From positions 1-64,000 of the forward strand of contig NW_021833455.1 of assembly GCF_006345805.1 (NCBI RefSeq): a DNA stretch of 64,000 bases, given 5' to 3'. Position numbers and translations under genes: made by a program. Of this stretch, positions 24,976 to 38,200 are shown in pieces (position 1 is the first letter of the stretch; every line of letters starts with the position of its first letter). This stretch comes from Octopus sinensis. Its lineage: Eukaryota. The notes below the pieces were generated by a model that saw only the letters and a program-made list of their open reading frames with translations, made no database searches and was not told the DNA's origin.

Positions 24976-26033
24976 AGAAAAGGCTATCAACAGGACAGAG
25001 GAAAAGCAAGGTAGATAACTCTTACAATATTGCAATTACACCCCTTTGCAACTATTCTTCATAAAGTCAGAGAAAACCAACAGCGACTTTTGGAATCAAC
25101 GGGACCTGTTCACCGTGAAGTAGAAATGGGACACTACATACAGAAGTCTTCCACTTCAAAACAGATCTCTCTTCTCCTCTTTAACAGCAAATTGTAGTCT
25201 CTTTTGTGCGAACTTTTTACTTCATGCATTTACAACAGAAATTAATTATTTCTGTCACAAAATCAGTTAAAAATCCCTTGATAAACCCTTCACTAAATAC
25301 CAACAGATAAGAAGGACAATAAACTATACTACTGAACAGAAAACTGAAAGATATAGCAATAACATGCTCTGTCATTCAATCTGCTAAAGATAGTAGCTAA
25401 ATTGCTCTCAAATCATACCCAACCATATTTAAGAAATAAAAAAAAAGGCCACACTAGATGACAACAGGGGTACTAGAAATAGCAGATCACATCCTAACAT
25501 CTTTTTTTGAGTAACTGGATTTAGACGATTTATATTTCATATTAAACCCAAATAATTTGTAGTAAGAGTTGGCTACAATGCAATGCAGCAGATGTTGTGA
25601 TACCCTCTGCTCTGAGTTCAATTCCAACTGAAGTCAACTTTGCCTTTCATGTCTTGGGAACAATCAATTACCAACCAAAACAGTGTGGTGGTGGAATAGC
25701 AAGAGGATTGGTAAGAGGCTTTGTGGTGTGAGGTTTCTCCTGGCTCTTTGAGTTCTGATAGCAAATCCTGCAATGACGCTGAAGCCAAGAAGCACTGGAC
25801 CATGTCAGCAGTGAGAAGAAAGAGACTTGCATGAATGAGCAACTGTTTCTCTTTCAAAAAAAAAAAAGGCGAACCTTGACCGATGCCTAATGAAAGAATC
25901 TTGACACATGCACTTGTATATAAAAAAAACTATATGGACTAAGCCAGGTATGAGTTTGTTTTTGTTTTTTGAGAAGCAGGCTGCATAAGACATGATTCAT
26001 TATCAAGGGTGGGGGCCACACTCGCCAAAAGCT

Positions 26034-26497
26034 TTAACTTTCATTTGTTACCAACCTGGCTGAAACCAGCTCTGGCTCTGGGTGCAAATGTCTTGTTTTC
26101 ATAAGTTTTGAATTAAAATCTTCCACCAAATTTCAGTCACAATTTATGTTCCTGACACTAGCTCAATGATAACCAAGTTATTTTACTAAATTCTTTGTTA
26201 TATTTAAAGTAATTGAAAGAAACACAGAGCATCTCAACAGAAATATGATAACGAAAGGGTTAAAATATACAATAGAGACACAATTCTTAACCCTTTTGAT
26301 ACCAACCTGTCTGAAACTGCTTCTGGCTCTGAGTACAAATGTCTTGTTTTCTAAAGTTCTGAATTAAAATCTTCCACCAAACCTTAGTTACAATTTATGT
26401 TCCTAACACAAGCTTAATAATAATTCTTTGTTATGTTTGAAGTAATTGAAAAAAGCAGAGAGCATCTCAAAAAAAAATACAGTAACGAAAGGGTTAA
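26034..26497. mobile_element. Two tandem piggyBac-like MITEs (26034-26263, 26287-26497)
   Basis: TTAA-CCCTTTTG ... CGAAAGGG-TTAA ends (left end of the first copy degenerate), same internal sequence. Confidence 0.85.
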
Positions 26498-26693
26498 TCA
26501 TGTTATCAGAAAGTTCTGCTGGCCACAGTTTGCACAGAATTGAATTAAACAATATGAGGGAAAAGCATATTTGAAAGGTGCCACATCAGAGTTATTTTGA
26601 ATTCTTAAATTATCTGGTAATTTTCATTATATTTTCATTAAGGAGTAAGTGTTAATTAGGAGTTGTGTGAAGTGCTTGAAAACTGTTTCTTAC

Positions 26694-26826
26694 AAATTTC
26701 GGGCAAAATATCATTCATCAAATGAAGAACATCTGTCAAAGAATGGTATTTATTTTCTTTTACATCTCCAAAGAAAACAGATCTGGAACTATTGACACAA
26801 CCAGCTGATCTGGGCCCATTACACTT
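26694..26826 (-). CDS. Unidentified - strand gene, exon (KCNGPRSAGCVNSSRSVFFGDVKENKYHSLTDVLHLMNDILPEI)
   Basis: Long pyrimidine tract plus CAG acceptor, donor |GTAAGA; 133 nt, only phase 0 to 1 is open. Confidence 0.82.
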
Positions 26827-28206
26827 CTGGAAATAGAAGAAAAAAAAGGAAAGAAAGAAAAAACATAAATATGTTGTACATAGAAAAGCATAACAAAATA
26901 TCAGTTGTAAGCCAAATGTTTCTAAGATTTAAGAATTAATTATGATAATTAAGGATAGAGGAGAGGATTACAGTGAAAATTTCAGCAAAACTAAGAACAA
27001 AAGTTCCGGATAGTTCTATGAAAGAGGAACTTGCAGAAAGTGCTTGTGGTCGACAAAAAGAAAAACAATTACATTTTCATTCTGGGTCGGATCATTATTA
27101 TAGGTTGAAGGAGATTCTGGGTCGGACCATTATTATAGGTTGAAGGAGATTAGAGGGAGGTTTTTAAAGATGGAAAACACAAGACTGAAAAAGGGACACG
27201 GTTCTTTTTATTCATTAGTATTTGAAGTACATTAGTGAGAATGTTTGTCTATTGGGTGAAAAGATTTTTATTGCAAATGGTATATCTCGAAAAGCATTAT
27301 AGAATGTCGACTTCTTTCAGAGTTAATGTAATTCCTGAATTTGATGAGAATGGAAATATAGCCTTATTTACAAAGTTTTTAGAATTGTTTGGTATTAACC
27401 TGAGAAACTCCACATTCAGAGTTTTAATATTAATAGACTCAAAGCTGGCAAAGTAGCAGAATGGTTAGCATGCTGGACAAAATGATTAGCAGCATTCCAT
27501 CAGAGTTGTTATGTTTTGAGTTCAAATTTTGCTGAGGTTATCTTTACCTTTCATCCTTTCGGGGTCAATGAAATAAGTACCAGTTGAAAACTGGGGTCGA
27601 TGTAATCAACTTAACTCTCCCCTAAAATTACTGTCCTTGTGCCAAAATTTGAAGCCAACTTTAATAGACTCTAAGGTGGGGAGTTAGCAGAGTCGTCTGC
27701 ATGCCATGCTTGGTAGCATTTCATCTAGTTTTATATGTTCTGAGTTCAAATTTTGCCAAGGTAGACTTAGCCTTTCTCCTTCTTGGGGTCGATAAAATAA
27801 GTACCAGCTGAGTACTTGGGTTGATCTAATCAATTTACACTGTCCATTTGCTGTCAAACCATCAAACCCATGCCGGCATGGAAAACAGACGTTAAACGAT
27901 GGTGATGGGAGAGGAGACGCAGGGCAGCAGCATGCAGAGAGGACTGTGAGTTGTTTCGAGGTATAAATGAAGTTGGAAAATGTTTCTAAACAATTGAGCA
28001 GACTTTGAAACGACTCTTTTGACACAATTACTAAAATATTTCTCTGAACATGGGAAGTACAATTAACTAACTGAAAATAACAGACTAATAAAGTGGAGCC
28101 TGATCAGCTGACAGCTCGTTTGGTTTGGAATTCCTTTCTAAATATTCTTTTTTTATATGAATATAACAACAATGGCAAAATAATTATCTTTGTTACAAGA
28201 TACTTT

Positions 28207-28611
28207 GGATCTTTTCGGTTTGACCGGCAGTTTTTTCTAGGGGTGTCATATGAAATTGTCACCCATAATTATGACCCTAGTATCGATCTATTGCATTTCA
28301 ATCTGTTTTAGGGGTGGGGGTGGGGTATCTTTTTTTCTTCACAAATGTAAATAAACTTAATCTGTTTCTTAAACGTGGGACATATTCATACTGCACAGAA
28401 TGTTTTCAACTCAATAGACGTCATTGATTGGTTGAAATTGCAGAAATTGAAGAAGAAAAAACAACAAATATCTTACAAACGATAGAATTTTCTCAAGAAA
28501 GCCAAGAGAAAAAGATGTTTTATAAACACATTCTACCAGTATACGAAGTTTAAAAGTGTTTAGTTACGTGGAAATTATTTTTAAAAACTGCCGTTCAAAC
28601 CGAAAAGATCC
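28207..28611. mobile_element. Merlin/hAT-like MITE, copy 2
   Basis: Same TIRs as 11865-12264; flanks GATACTTT / GCTACTTT suggest an 8-bp TSD (7/8 match). Confidence 0.85.
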
Positions 28612-31600
28612 GCTACTTTTATTGTATACGAAAGGGCAGAAAGCTGTTAATTTTAAAATAAAATTTCCATCATTTCTGGAAATAGTAGAGAGAGAAAAAA
28701 ACGCAATATTTCATTATAGACATTGAGATGGCTTTTTTCTGTCATTTCTTTGAAGAGTTATTTCCCTTAGTTTGTATATTTTTTTAATGCACAAACAAGA
28801 ATTATTTAATATCTTTTATTCTTTTACTTGTTTCAGTCATTTGACTAAACAAATCGACCCCCCAAGACTTATTCTTTGTAAGCCTAGTACTTATTCTATC
28901 AGTCTCTTTTGCCGAACCGCTAAGTAAACACACCAACATCGGTTGTCAAGTGATGGTGGGGGGTACAAACATAGACACACAAACATATACATACATATAC
29001 ACAGATATATACATACATACACACACAGATATATATATACACGACGGGCTTCTTTCAGTTTCCTTCTATCAAATCCACTCACAAGACTTTGGTCGGCCCG
29101 AGGCTATGGTTCAAGACACTTTCCCAAGGTGCCATGCAGTGGGACTGAACCCAGAACCATGTGGTTAGTAAGCAAGCTTCTTACCACATTGCCACTCCTA
29201 TGCAAAACATTAATTTTAATTTTGTCTGGACACGAACTGATGTTTTCTAATCAACACCAATATATTGCTGACACTTACCACCGTCAAGAGAACACAATAA
29301 GTGTAATGAGAATGGTTTCAATTAAAGCAATCAGGAATCAACATCCTCATCATTATCACCAACGTTTAACGTCCGTTTTCCACGATAGCATGGGTTGGAC
29401 GGTTTGACTGGGGTCTAGGAAGCCAGGAGGCTGCACCAGGCTCCATTCTGATCTGGCAGTGTTTCTACAGCTTGATGCCCTTCCTAACGCCAACCACTCC
29501 GTGAGTGCTTTTTACGTGCCACCGGCACAGAAGCCAGTGCTGGCATTGACCACGTTCAGATGGTGCTTTTTATGTGCCACAATTTCCATTTGATTTTCAT
29601 ATTGATGTTGATGTACTTGACTCAATAGGTCTCCTCAAGCACAGTAGGTCGCCCTACGATCCAAGGTACTTTTGAATGGGCTGGAGCTGGTTATGTGAAA
29701 CTGGTGTAGGATATAGACATGAACTCACTTTATTTGCCGGATCTTTACAGTCACAGCATATCACCAGAGGTCTCGATCTTTCGTCATTGTCTCTGTGAGG
29801 CCCAGCATTAAAAAAAAAAACCATAACTTCGGCATCTATTCCTCTGTCAAATTAGATATGATCAGTAATGTTCACTAAAGGTGGGCAGTGAGAGTATCCT
29901 TCACCAAACATGAATCAGAATTCCTTAGGAACTTAGTAACTAGTTGTCAACAACTATAATATTGAAACTATTGAGGGGGGAGGGGGAAAGGATAGGAGTT
30001 TCTTCCCCCAGTTCTAAGTTTATTGAATAATTACCAAGATGAAACATTAAACAAATAGATGCAAGAAGTGATCCTAAATCAATGTAAAAGACAACTGAAA
30101 ACATGAGTGTAACCTGTACGTAAACAGACGTTGTATTCAGCATTGTTTAATGTCTGCTTTTCCATGCTTGCATAAGTCAGATAAAATTTGTTGAGCAGAT
30201 TTTCTACAGCTGGATGCCCTTTCTGCTGCCAACATTTACCTGTTTACAAGGAAGGTAACACACAAATCTTCATATCCAACTTAATGTGGGTGCCTTGTTA
30301 GAACACAAAATACTGCAGTATTAGCCTTGGAGAGGTCTTCTCATATAGGTGCACGGTACATAAAAGCAGGCATAAATTTTGGCAGACAAGAATCATCTGT
30401 TATGAGTACTGGAAATGCCAGATCAGGTGATTTCAGTTTACTGTTATATCTTCAGTGGCAGGTATCTGGTCACTGCATACCAGCCAAATTTTGCTGCCAT
30501 TATACATAGAATTTCTATGTCTTTTCAAAAGACAATCTTTTATATGTCATAGAATGCTAAATACTGTGATATTAGTATCAAGAGGTCCTTTCATACAGGT
30601 ACAGGGTGCATAAAAGAACCATGTCTGTGTGTGTGATATGCTTCCTTCAGTTTCCATCTACCAAATCCACTCACAAGGATTTTCTGGACATGGACCTATA
30701 GAAGAAGACATGCTCAAGGTGCCACAGAATAGAATTCAACTCCAGAGTTCTAGGTTGTGCTTTCAACTGTAGCAGGTTATTATAACTGACAGCAGAGGAA
30801 ACATTCATCTCAAGACCAGAGATGTTGTTCCGGTTCATTTGAGGAATTTCTAGTCTGAAACAAGTCTTGATACAGCAAAACAATAACTGTATGCTCATCA
30901 GAAAGGCTAAATTGAATGATTTATTAAGCAAATAATTCTCTCTCCGTGGAAGTGTTAGACTATTTGGATGCAATATTCTAAACAGCTGCCATTTGTGGGT
31001 AATTTAAATCTGGAACTGGAGGCATTGACAAAGAAAGGAAATTGTTTAAGTTAAGACATTAGTGAGAAGCAAAAATCAAATATTAGTATCGCCATCTCTT
31101 GCTGTAAAATATTTCTCTGCCAACAGATAATTAAACGAATTGATGACTACAGTTTCAAATTAAATCTGTAATAAGATTTACTCTCTCCAAAACGAATAAA
31201 TTTTGTGAGAAAAGCATGAATTCTTTTGGCATCAACATGTTCTGTTTCAAAAAGTCAAACATTTTGGTTACTAGATTAGATTAAATAAACTTTTATTCTT
31301 TTTCTGGTTTCAGTCATTAGACAGTGGCCATGCTGGGGCACTGCCTCGAAGAATTTTTTAGTCAAAATCAACCTCAGTAATTATTCTTTTAAAACTTGGT
31401 ACTTATTCTATTGGTGTTTTTAGCAGAACCCCTAAGTGACAGGGACATAAACACACCAACACTGGATGTCAAGTGGTGGTGGTGGTGGCAGAGAGTGGGG
31501 GACAGACACACACACATACGATGGACTCCTTCAGCTTCTGTCAACCAAATCCAGGCTTTGGTCAGCCTGAGGCTATCGAAGAAGACACTTGCCCAAGGTG

Positions 31601-32617
31601 CCACGCAGTGGAACTGAACCTGGAACCATTTGGTTGGGAAGCAAACTTCTTACTTCACAGCCAATGTAAAACAGATTTTTACTCTTTTCAAAAAGAACAA
31701 ATTTTGTGAGAAAAGCATGAATTCTTTTGGCATCAACATATTCTGTTTCAAAAGGTCAAACATTTTGGTTGCTAGATTAGATTAAATAACCTTTAACCAA
31801 CCAATCAAACAATGGTAATACATCATACTAAAGAACCAAAAATAAATACATAAAGTTTTAAGATTTTTTTCTTCTTTCTTTTAGTTAAGAATTGCAGTTG
31901 ATAGGAAACTGGTGCAAACTCCATGCAAGGCAAAGAGTACAGAAAATGGTGAGAGGGAACTTGTGGCAGGTTGAGAGGAAGGTAGCAAAATAACAGGATA
32001 TAAGTGATGTGTAGCACAGATAGAGTAAGAATACTCATTACACACACACACACACACACACAATAAAGAAAGTAGTTGATAGTAGCTGTTGCCTAAGTGA
32101 CCTAATTAGTACTGGAAGTTAAATACAGTGAAAGTAGAGCAGCTACAGTATAGGTGGAAGGAAGTTCAGGAACTGATGCCTCTGTAGGTAATAAAAAGTT
32201 TCCTTTTCCCAGAAGAAAGTAATCTGTACAAAATATAGGGGGCAGTTATTGATTTTGAATGTGTAACATCTACAGACTGAGCAATGTTGAAGTGAAATGT
32301 GTGAAGCAGTGGCTAAATTTGTAGAGAACATGGAATATATCAAGTCTGGCAACACATGGGAAAGGGATGCCAGCTGGTCTGATGATATTGAATCAAAACT
32401 CTGTGAAACTAAACAAGAATGATACGTAATCCTTTGTGAATCGTGATGGGTTTAAGTCTAGATTCAATTTACTGTTTTTAAGAGACCATTGATCAGTGTA
32501 CAACTGTGACAAATATAGAGCATGAATGTTGTGTGAAATAGAGCTACATTGATTATTTAAGAGATAACTTAAGCAAGATATTCTAGAAGGAAGTGATAAG
32601 GTAGGTCAATCTGAAGA

Positions 32618-32903
32618 TACAGGTCTCTATTTAAGAGATGAGGAATTATGTACATTATTTACATTTGATAGATGTTTGTCCTCATCTTGTTTGTTATTAG
32701 CACAACATTTTGGCTGGTATACCTTTCAGCCTTCATCAGGTGTCTTGGGGAAATTTCAAACCTGGGTTCTCATTCCTAAGGTATTTTTCGATATTATTAT
32801 TATTATTATTATTAATATTATTATTATTCAGGTCATTGCCTGGAATCGAACTCAGAATCTTGGGATTAGTAGCCTGTGCTCTTAACCACTACGCCATATG
32901 CCC
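32618..32903 (-). mobile_element. tRNA-headed SINE family F with hammerhead-like 3' region
   Basis: Head GGGCATATGGCGTAGTGG...GAGTTCGATTCC, (AAT)n spacer, tail with GACAC-CTGATGA-A-GGCTG..CAGCC; homologous to 47945-48420. Confidence 0.8.
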
Positions 32904-33845
32904 ATGGACGGTATATCAGCCAAAACGTTGTGTTAACAACAAACAAGATCATCATCATCATCATCATTGTTTAACATCCGCCTTCCATGCTAGCATGGGT
33001 TGGACGGTTTGACCGAGGGCTGGCGAACCAGATGGCTGCACCAGGCTCCAGAAGACAAAAATCTATCAAATGTAAATAATGTATATCTGAAGATGTTAGG
33101 CCTCAGTGACAATTTGATAAGCTGTGGCATGCTGCTCAGTAGATCTGTCCAACCCATTACAACATGCATTAAAAAAGTGACTAAAATAAATATAAAAGTC
33201 TTGCAATTACAAACAATAAAAACACAAAGAAAAAGAAATCAAAATAACTAAACCCCAGTTCTTACACGAGTTTAGAACCTATCTATCGTTAGCGTCCACT
33301 CGTTATAATTAGGTGCCATCCACACTCGGCTAATTGAGTATTAGGAATCTCCATTTGGATCTTTTCTCTGCCATTCTTATACATTCACCGTACAGTTTAG
33401 TCCAGTCCTTGGTGTAATCAAACCATCATCATCATCATCGTTTAATGTCCGTTAGCATGGGTTGGATGGTTCGACCGGGGATCTGGGAAGCCAGGAGGCT
33501 GCACCAGGCTCCAGTCTGATCTGGCAGTGTTTCTACAGCTGGATGCCCTTCCTAACGCCAACCACTCCATGATTCAGATGGTGCATTTTACGTGCCACCG
33601 GCACGGAAGCCAGTCAAGACAGCGCTGGCATCGGCCACGATTCGGATGGTGCTTTTTACGTGCCACAACCAGTTGGTTCTAAATTTTTTCGAGCATATGG
33701 TATTTATCTTTCCTTCCAGTAAGGGTTTCTGTGCACCTTGTGCTCTTACTGATATGACCAGAGTATTTTAGCTTCCTTTTTTCTCTTCTCTCTTTTTTTT
33801 TTAATGATCTTTTTTGTATTTGTCAATCACAGAAAATTCTGTACA

Positions 33846-34011
33846 AAGCGCAGGAATGGCTGCGTGGTAAGTAGCTTGCTTACCAACCACATGATTCCGG
33901 GTTCAGTCCCACTGCGTGACATCTTGGGCAAGTGTCTTCTGCTATAACCTCGGGCCAATCAAGGCCTTGTGAGTGGATTTGGTAGACGGAAACTGAAAGA
34001 AGCCTGTCGTA

Positions 34012-34058
<47 letters not shown>
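33846..34058 (+). mobile_element. 5' half of a family B SINE split by the RTE block
   Basis: Head and CORE-like segment end in (TA)n; the matching 3' half resumes at about 39160-39381. Confidence 0.8.
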
Positions 34059-34063
<5 letters not shown>

Positions 34064-35217
34064 TATTTATCTAATGTTTATTTATCGACAATGCCGTCCC
34101 CAGTCAAATTCCCTCACACCGCTTATTGTCACGTGTCCCTTGACCTCTCTCTCTAACTAACCCTATCTCTCTCTCTCTATGTCCCCCCTTCCCATAACCA
34201 TCATCGCCATGGTTCTCTATGCCCCCCCCCTTCCCAAAACCATCATCGCCATATATAAAAGAGCGATCGCATTTATCGTTAACCCCACTCGCTTCAAAAT
34301 ATCTAAAGAATACGCACAGATCATGAATGGCTGAAAGTTTAGTGAATCGTCCAACCTCGCTACGACTACCTTCTTTCTTGCACTTATATTCTTATTCTTT
34401 CTCTATTCTTCAATTTCCATCTCATTGTATTGTCCCTCATTCTTTCAGTATTCCCTCATTACCCTGTCTAGCTCAAACATTTTTTTTCGTTTAGACTTGT
34501 CTACAGGTTCATAGCCACTCTGATTTTTCAATTTTTCGTTTAGTGTTGTCTCCCGATTCATACAAACCCATTTGCTAGCTCATACGATTAACAGAACCTC
34601 TTTACTCAGACACGGTGTTATATTAGCTATCAATAATGATATTCCCTCTGATTTTTCTGATTTTCAAACCTATTTATCTAATTTATTTATCGACAATGCC
34701 GTCCCCAGTCAAATTCCCTCACACCGCTTATTGTCACGTGTCCCTTGACCTCTCTCTCTAACTAACCCCTCTCTCTCTCTCTATGTCCCCCCTTCCCATA
34801 ACCATCATCGCCATGGTTCTCTATGCCCCCCCCTCCCAAAACCATCATCGCCATATATAAAAGAGCGATCGCATTTATCGTTAACCCCACTCGCTTCAAA
34901 ATATCTAAAGAATACGCACAGATCATAAATGGCTAAAAGTTAAGTGAATCGTCCAACCTCGCTACAACTACCTTCTTTCTTGCACTTATTCTTATTCTTT
35001 CTCTATTCTTCAATTTCCATCTCATTGTATTGTCCCTCATTCTTTCAGTATTCCCTCATTACCCTGTCTAGCTCAAACATTTTTTTTCGTTTAGACTTGT
35101 CTACAGGTTCATAGCCACTCTGATTTTTCAATTTTTCGTTTAGCGTTGTCTCCCGATTCATACAAACCCATTTGCTAGCTCATACGATTAACAGAACCTC
35201 TTTACTCAGACACGGTG
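34059..35217. repeat. Near-identical tandem duplication, 607-bp period
   Basis: 34059-34617 and 34666-35217 are almost identical base for base, differing by a few substitutions and small indels. Confidence 0.97.
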
Positions 35218-38200
35218 CACCCGCCCTCCCACCCCCACCACGCATGCCGGAAGTTCCTATTCTCTGCCATTCCGGGGTTGCTTCCCATGAAGACTGCAAA
35301 TGTTCTCACCATCCCTACCCCTCCCTACCCCTAGTCTCGACCTATGTAAGGTAATGTTCATACAGTGCAAAATATGAAAGGCTAGCGTTATGCAGGTTGT
35401 ACTGAAGGCTACTTTACTACTTCATTTCTTGCACATGAATTCTGCCAAATGCGAGCTTTCTTTTCAGGTACACGAAGCTACTGTCCACTGTCCCAGGGTC
35501 TCTAGAGCCCATGCCTCCCACACCCTCAGGGTTGGCACCCTCAACGTTGGCACTCTGAAAGGTAGGTCTGGTGAGATAGTCGAGATGCTTGAACGGAGAT
35601 GTGTGGATATATGTTGCATGCAAGAAATAAGGTGGAGAGGAGGATCAGCTAGGTTCCTCACAGCCAAGGAACGCAGGTACAAGATTTTCTGGGCTGGGAA
35701 CACTGACGGGGTTGGTGGCGTGGGTATACTTATCGCTGAGAAATGGGTAGATAAAGTAATTGAGGTAATCAGAGTATGTGACAGAATACTTAAGATTAGA
35801 TTAGTGATTCATCATAGTTTAGCAACCATTATATCAGCCTATGCTCCTCAGTCGGGGCTACCCGATGGACAGAAAGACCGATTCTATGACACTCTACTGC
35901 AGACTACCTCGTTGACGAACGACAGAGACCTTATCTTTATGGCTGGTGACTTCAATGGTCACGTTGGACGACATGCTGGGGGCTTCCATGGCGTACATGG
36001 AGGCTATGGCTATGGCTCCCGCAACGAGGAGGGAACCAGGCTGCTGGAGTTCTGCGATGCAAATAATCTTATGATTTGCAACACTAACTTCAGGAAACCT
36101 ACCAGCCACCTCGTCACTTACCAATCGGGCCAACATACCAGCCAAATTGACTACATCCTTACAAGGCAAAGGGAGAGATGGCTGCTTATAAATGCCAAAA
36201 CCTTCCCAGGTGAAGAATGTACCCCACAACATAGACTGGTAGTTAGTGACTTTAGGATCAGGACTAGGAGGACAACCAGAAGACGACAAATATGGAGAAG
36301 AAGGATCTGGAAGCTTAAAGATCCTGCAAATGGACAGAGATTTAGGGACATATTACTTGAAGCCTCTGACGAAGTAGAGAGGGGATAGAGCATCACAGGG
36401 GGGTAGAAGACAGCTGGACGTTTCTAAGGGACAACCTGCTGAGAGCCACTGACCAGATCTGTGGCTGGTGCAAAGTCCCCTCTCGACCTAGAATAACGTG
36501 GTGGTGGAACAATATTGTAGACAGGGCTATTAGAGAAAAGAGACAGGCTTGGAAGGTCTGGAAAAATGGGGGTAGCAGGGGATTGTATCAGACTGCCAAA
36601 AGAGAAGCTAGGAGACAGGTTTATTTAGCCAGAGGGGAAGCAGATAAGAAAAAATTTGCCAATGTTCTGCGCCGTGAGGACCAAAGACTGGAGGTGTTTC
36701 GTGTTGCAAGACAGTGTGTGAGAGAGAATCGTGATGATGTGGTAGGAGATAAGTGTGTTCGCATGGAAGATGGTTCACTTGCGCTAAATGAGGATGCAAA
36801 GCAAAGAGAGAGGTTTGGAGATGCCACTATGAAAGGTTGCTGAATGAAGAAAATGAATGGGATAAAGAGAGTCTGCCGAATGTTGACCCAACAGAGGGAC
36901 CAGCTATCCGAGTTGATAGTTCCGTGGTAGCTAAGGCAATTAGAAGCATGAAGACAGGGAAAGCCCCAGGCCCATCAGGAATCACTGCAGAGATGCTCAA
37001 AATGTCTGGTAGTGTCGGCTATAGCCTAGTCACCCGTATAGTTAATCAGGTGATACACAAAGGGGTCATACCCAATGACTGGTGTAGCAGTATAATAGTC
37101 AACTGCTACAAAGGTAAAGGTGATGCCCTAGATACAAATAACTACAGAGGTATCAAGCTGTTGGACCAGGTGATGAAGGTTACGGAGAGGGTCATAGCCC
37201 AACTAATTAGAGAGAGAGTTAGTTTAGATGAGATGCAGTTTGGGTTTGTGCCAGGGAAAAGTACTACTGATGCTATATTCCTGGTAAGGCAGCTGCAGGA
37301 GAAATACCTAGCCAAAGATAAGCCCCTGTACCTGGCTTTTGTTGACATGGAGAAAGCCTTCGACAGGGTCCCCCGATCCCTTATCTGGTGGGCAATGAGG
37401 AAACTAGGGATAGATGAATGGTTAGTGAGAGCTGTGCGGGCCATGTACAAGGACGCCGCTAGTAGGGTGAGGGTTGGAAATGTGTACAGTGAAGAATTCC
37501 GGGTAGAGGTAGGAGTCCACCAAGGCTCAGTACTCAGCCCCCTCCTATTTATCATAGTCCTCCAGGCAATAACGGAGGAATTCAAGACAGGATGCCCTTG
37601 GGAGCTCCTCTATGCTGATGACCTTGCTCTAATTGCTGAGTCGCTATCAGAACTGGAGGAGAAGTTTCAGGTGTGGAAACAAGGATTAGAATCGAAGGGC
37701 CTCAGAGTCAATCTAGCTAAAACCAAAGTCGTAATCAGTAGGAAGGTAGACAAATCACAAACACCTTCAGGTAGATGGCCCTGCTCGATCTGTAGAAAAG
37801 GTGTAGGTAGAAAACTCTATAAGATGCACCAAGTGTAAGCTATGGACACATAAGAGATGCAGCAATGTCAAAGGAAGGCTAACTAGGAAGATGGTTTTTG
37901 TATGTGGCAGATGCTCAGGAACAATAAACACTGAAAATGCTCTGAGACCAACTTCCGTCACTTTCCAGGGAGAAAAACTAGAAATAGTTGATAGTTTCCG
38001 TTACCTAGGTGACCAAGTCAGCAGCGGGGGCGGGTGTGCTGAAAGTGTAACTGCTAGAGTAAGAATAGCTTGGGCAAAGTTCAGAGAGCTCTTACCTCTG
38101 CTGGTGACAAAAGGCCTCTCGCACAGAGTGAAAGGCAGACTGTATGATGCGTGTGTACGAACAGCCATGCTACATGGCAGTGAAACATGGGCCGTGACTG

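Noticed and set aside
25026-25343. Donor-like and acceptor-like sites bracketing possible exons
   Set aside because: All frames across the interval contain stops, and the gene model closes in phase without it.
27080-27149. 35-bp direct repeat x2 (TTCTGGGTCGGATCATTATTATAGGTTGAAGGAGA)
   Set aside because: A simple adjacent duplication with no spacer; not CRISPR-like.
27900-28070. Open frame after a ttattttcag acceptor (LVNCTSHVQRNIL...)
   Set aside because: No donor before it runs into an RTE tail; not needed by the gene model.
32830-32903. tRNA-like sequences here and at 48090-48166, 49394-49465 and 60490-60560
   Set aside because: They are SINE heads: no proper cloverleaf end, and they continue into repeat bodies. 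Not called as tRNA genes.
33330-33420. - strand peptide TKDWTKLYGECIRMAEKRSKWRFL
   Set aside because: It resembles the C-terminus of a LINE ORF, so a retroelement scrap rather than a host exon.
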